Virus record (IMG/VR): IMGVR_UViG_3300037782_000181
Coordinates: 1 to 25,657 of that record
Reading direction: 5' to 3' (one strand)
Length of the DNA: 25,657 nt
Source of the DNA: a virus
Lineage: Duplodnaviria; Caudoviricetes
Below the pieces are notes generated by a model. The model was given only the letters and a program-made list of their open reading frames with translations. It had not been told where the DNA came from and searched no databases. The position numbers were made by a program, and so were the translations under genes. This document shows, piece after piece, positions 24,355 through 25,657 of the stretch (its first letter is position 1; each line of letters begins with the position of its first letter).

Positions 24355-24725
24355 ATAGATGTAGAACACAAACAGTTAGCTATGCCTCGGAGATTATAAA
24401 GGCAAGGAAGAAAATACCGTGTTAGCCATGGATATATCACTTCTAATGTCCTTAGTAATGTAGATCTAATATGGTATATAAACCCCTCTTCTAATAAGCT
24501 GTGTGGCCAATTATGGTCCCTGCAACAAAAACTTTGAGTAGCCCAAAAGTCCCATGGGAAGCCGGAAATGGCGGTTCTCAGTCTTTAGGTTGCTTCTCAT
24601 TCTCTCCATATCCCCTATTTGCGCAAACAACCGACAAGAGTAGGAAAAATTGTGCTACAGAGATGCGATGGCATGATCCGAAGAAATGCGCATCGAGGCT
24701 GAACCTCGGGAACGGAGCTTGAGAA

Positions 24726-24881
24726 ATGAGTAGCAACTTTCTTAACGGAGTATGGACTGCGGCTACAGGCGGATTACTTGCGAGCATGATGTGGCATATC
24801 ATCAAAGAGTACCGGATTAGCGTATATCGCGAACCTTACAGGCTCGTGATCGAGATAATCCCACGAAACACGACTCTGTAA
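24726..24881 (+). CDS. small single-TM membrane protein (51 aa), absent from the supplied ORF track
   Basis: MSSNFLNGVWTAATGGLLASMMWHIIKEYRISVYREPYRLVIEIIPRNTTL; GGAG 8 nt before ATG; hairpin right after the stop. Confidence 0.55.
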   Translation: MSSNFLNGVWTAATGGLLASMMWHIIKEYRISVYREPYRLVIEIIPRNTTL

Positions 24882-24894
24882 GCATATATAGAGC

Positions 24895-24917
24895 GACCCG
24901 CCCATGATGGACGGGTC
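24895..24917. terminator. hairpin between convergent genes, possible bidirectional terminator
   Basis: GACCCG-c-CCA-tga-TGG-a-CGGGTC with AT-rich flanks and no clean U-tract. Confidence 0.45.
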
Positions 24918-24970
24918 TATGCGTAGGTAGGTGTTGCTGATGTAGATGTATCGCCGATCAGATGATCCCC

Positions 24971-25285
24971 TCAGGCAAGGAGCGCAGCCTGTTCCTGCTC
25001 GGCGATGTAAAGCAACGTCTTTCGTACTTCCCTGAACCGCCTGAGCGTGATGGTTCGAGAGTAGTTGCAGAAGATGTTACTGAGAGAGACATCGTGGTCC
25101 CCCTTGGGTCCACGGCGGGCATGACCGAACTCGGCATGAAAGCGATCGACAGCAGCGGAAGCTTCTTCGGGCGTATCAAAGCGCCCCAGGTTGATGAGGA
25201 AGTACCAGCGGCCAACCTTGGCTTCATACCGACCAGTTTTACCGATGCGGTAGACGTTCTTGGGTAGATCACGTTGCGTTGCCAT
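24971..25285 (-). CDS. AP2-domain DNA-binding protein (start could be 25303 or 25324)
   Basis: LPKNVY...GRYEAKV....INLGRFDTPEEASAAVD matches the phage AP2/ERF-like pattern; no HNH motif. Confidence 0.75.
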   Translation of the reverse strand: MATQRDLPKNVYRIGKTGRYEAKVGRWYFLINLGRFDTPEEASAAVDRFHAEFGHARRGPKGDHDVSLSNIFCNYSRTITLRRFREVRKTLLYIAEQEQAALLA

Positions 25286-25340
25286 ATCAGTCTCTTCGAC
25301 CATTTCTTCGATAAGTCCTTCCATCCACGAGTATCAATGC

Positions 25341-25373
25341 AAAGGAAAACCGCCTCGCAACGAGCGGGCGGTT
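25341..25373 (-). terminator. Rho-independent terminator on the minus strand
   Basis: minus strand reads AACCGCC...GGCGGTT followed by TTCCTTT, about 30 nt after the stop of the 25406-25657 gene. Confidence 0.7.
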
Positions 25374-25405
25374 ATGGAAAGGGTAAAGGGCACCTGGCTG
25401 ATCGT

Positions 25406-25657
25406 TCAATTGCCCTCAGCAATCACATCGGCATATTCCGAATCTGAGACCTCGGGACGAGGGTGGTGCTTGCGTACAAAGTAGCTGATCGTCGTCTTGA
25501 GGTACGGGTCCAGGTCTTCGAGGCTCATCAGCCAGACGCAGTATCTCAGATCGATCTGCGCCATCCGGTTCACGGTGATGCCTTTGTGCTTGCCGAACGG
25601 CATTCTGACCCGTTCCCGATTGAGTTTCTCCAATACCTGCTCGTGTTCCATTTTCAT
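25406..25657 (-). CDS. DUF3820 / exodeoxyribonuclease X C-terminal-like small protein (may be cut by the window edge)
   Basis: MPFGKHKG...IDLRYCVWL motif. Confidence 0.75.
   Translation of the reverse strand: MKMEHEQVLEKLNRERVRMPFGKHKGITVNRMAQIDLRYCVWLMSLEDLDPYLKTTISYFVRKHHPRPEVSDSEYADVIAEGN

Larger units (their letters stand above)
101..25657. mobile_element. temperate siphovirus-like prophage; left end in window, continues past right edge
   Basis: tRNA fragment plus tyrosine integrase, followed by a complete head-neck-tail gene set; GC content drops after about position 130. Confidence 0.85.

Noticed and set aside
24962-25267. 101-aa plus-strand ORF opposite the AP2 gene
   Set aside because: The minus-strand frame has a recognisable AP2 motif; this one has none.
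1-25657. CRISPR array, IS element, rRNA or contractile sheath gene
   Set aside because: No regularly spaced repeats, transposase motifs, rRNA-like sequence or sheath-like gene found by inspection.

Overview
The window is the left end and complete virion-assembly module of a temperate, probably integrated, tailed phage with a non-contractile tail (no sheath gene recognised). About 100 bp of very GC-rich, host-like DNA holds a sigma70-type promoter and only the 5' 29 nt of a tRNA (probably Phe), which looks like the attachment junction. On the + strand there follow a tyrosine integrase, a self-contained membrane-protein moron, and a tightly coupled late operon. That operon encodes two unknowns, a Maf/MptE-like (glycosyltransferase-like) protein, small terminase, Mu gp28-like large terminase, HK97-type portal, protease and capsid, neck genes, tail tube, a frameshifted tail chaperone, tape measure, two distal-tail-like paralogues (one with a very Cys-rich extension), a BR0599 hub, NlpC/P60, a J-like tip protein and accessory fibre genes ending in a YadA-like beta-roll protein. 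An AT-rich spacer with an unlisted 51-aa membrane ORF precedes convergent minus-strand genes (AP2-domain and DUF3820-like). The most notable observations are integration that seems to leave a 5' tRNA fragment whose promoter faces the integrase, three gene-end duplications at gene junctions (one creating an 11-codon coupled minigene), U-less structured RNAs after the capsid and tail-tube genes, and the Cys-rich tail protein. All family calls come from motifs and gene order recognised by eye; no database search was run.
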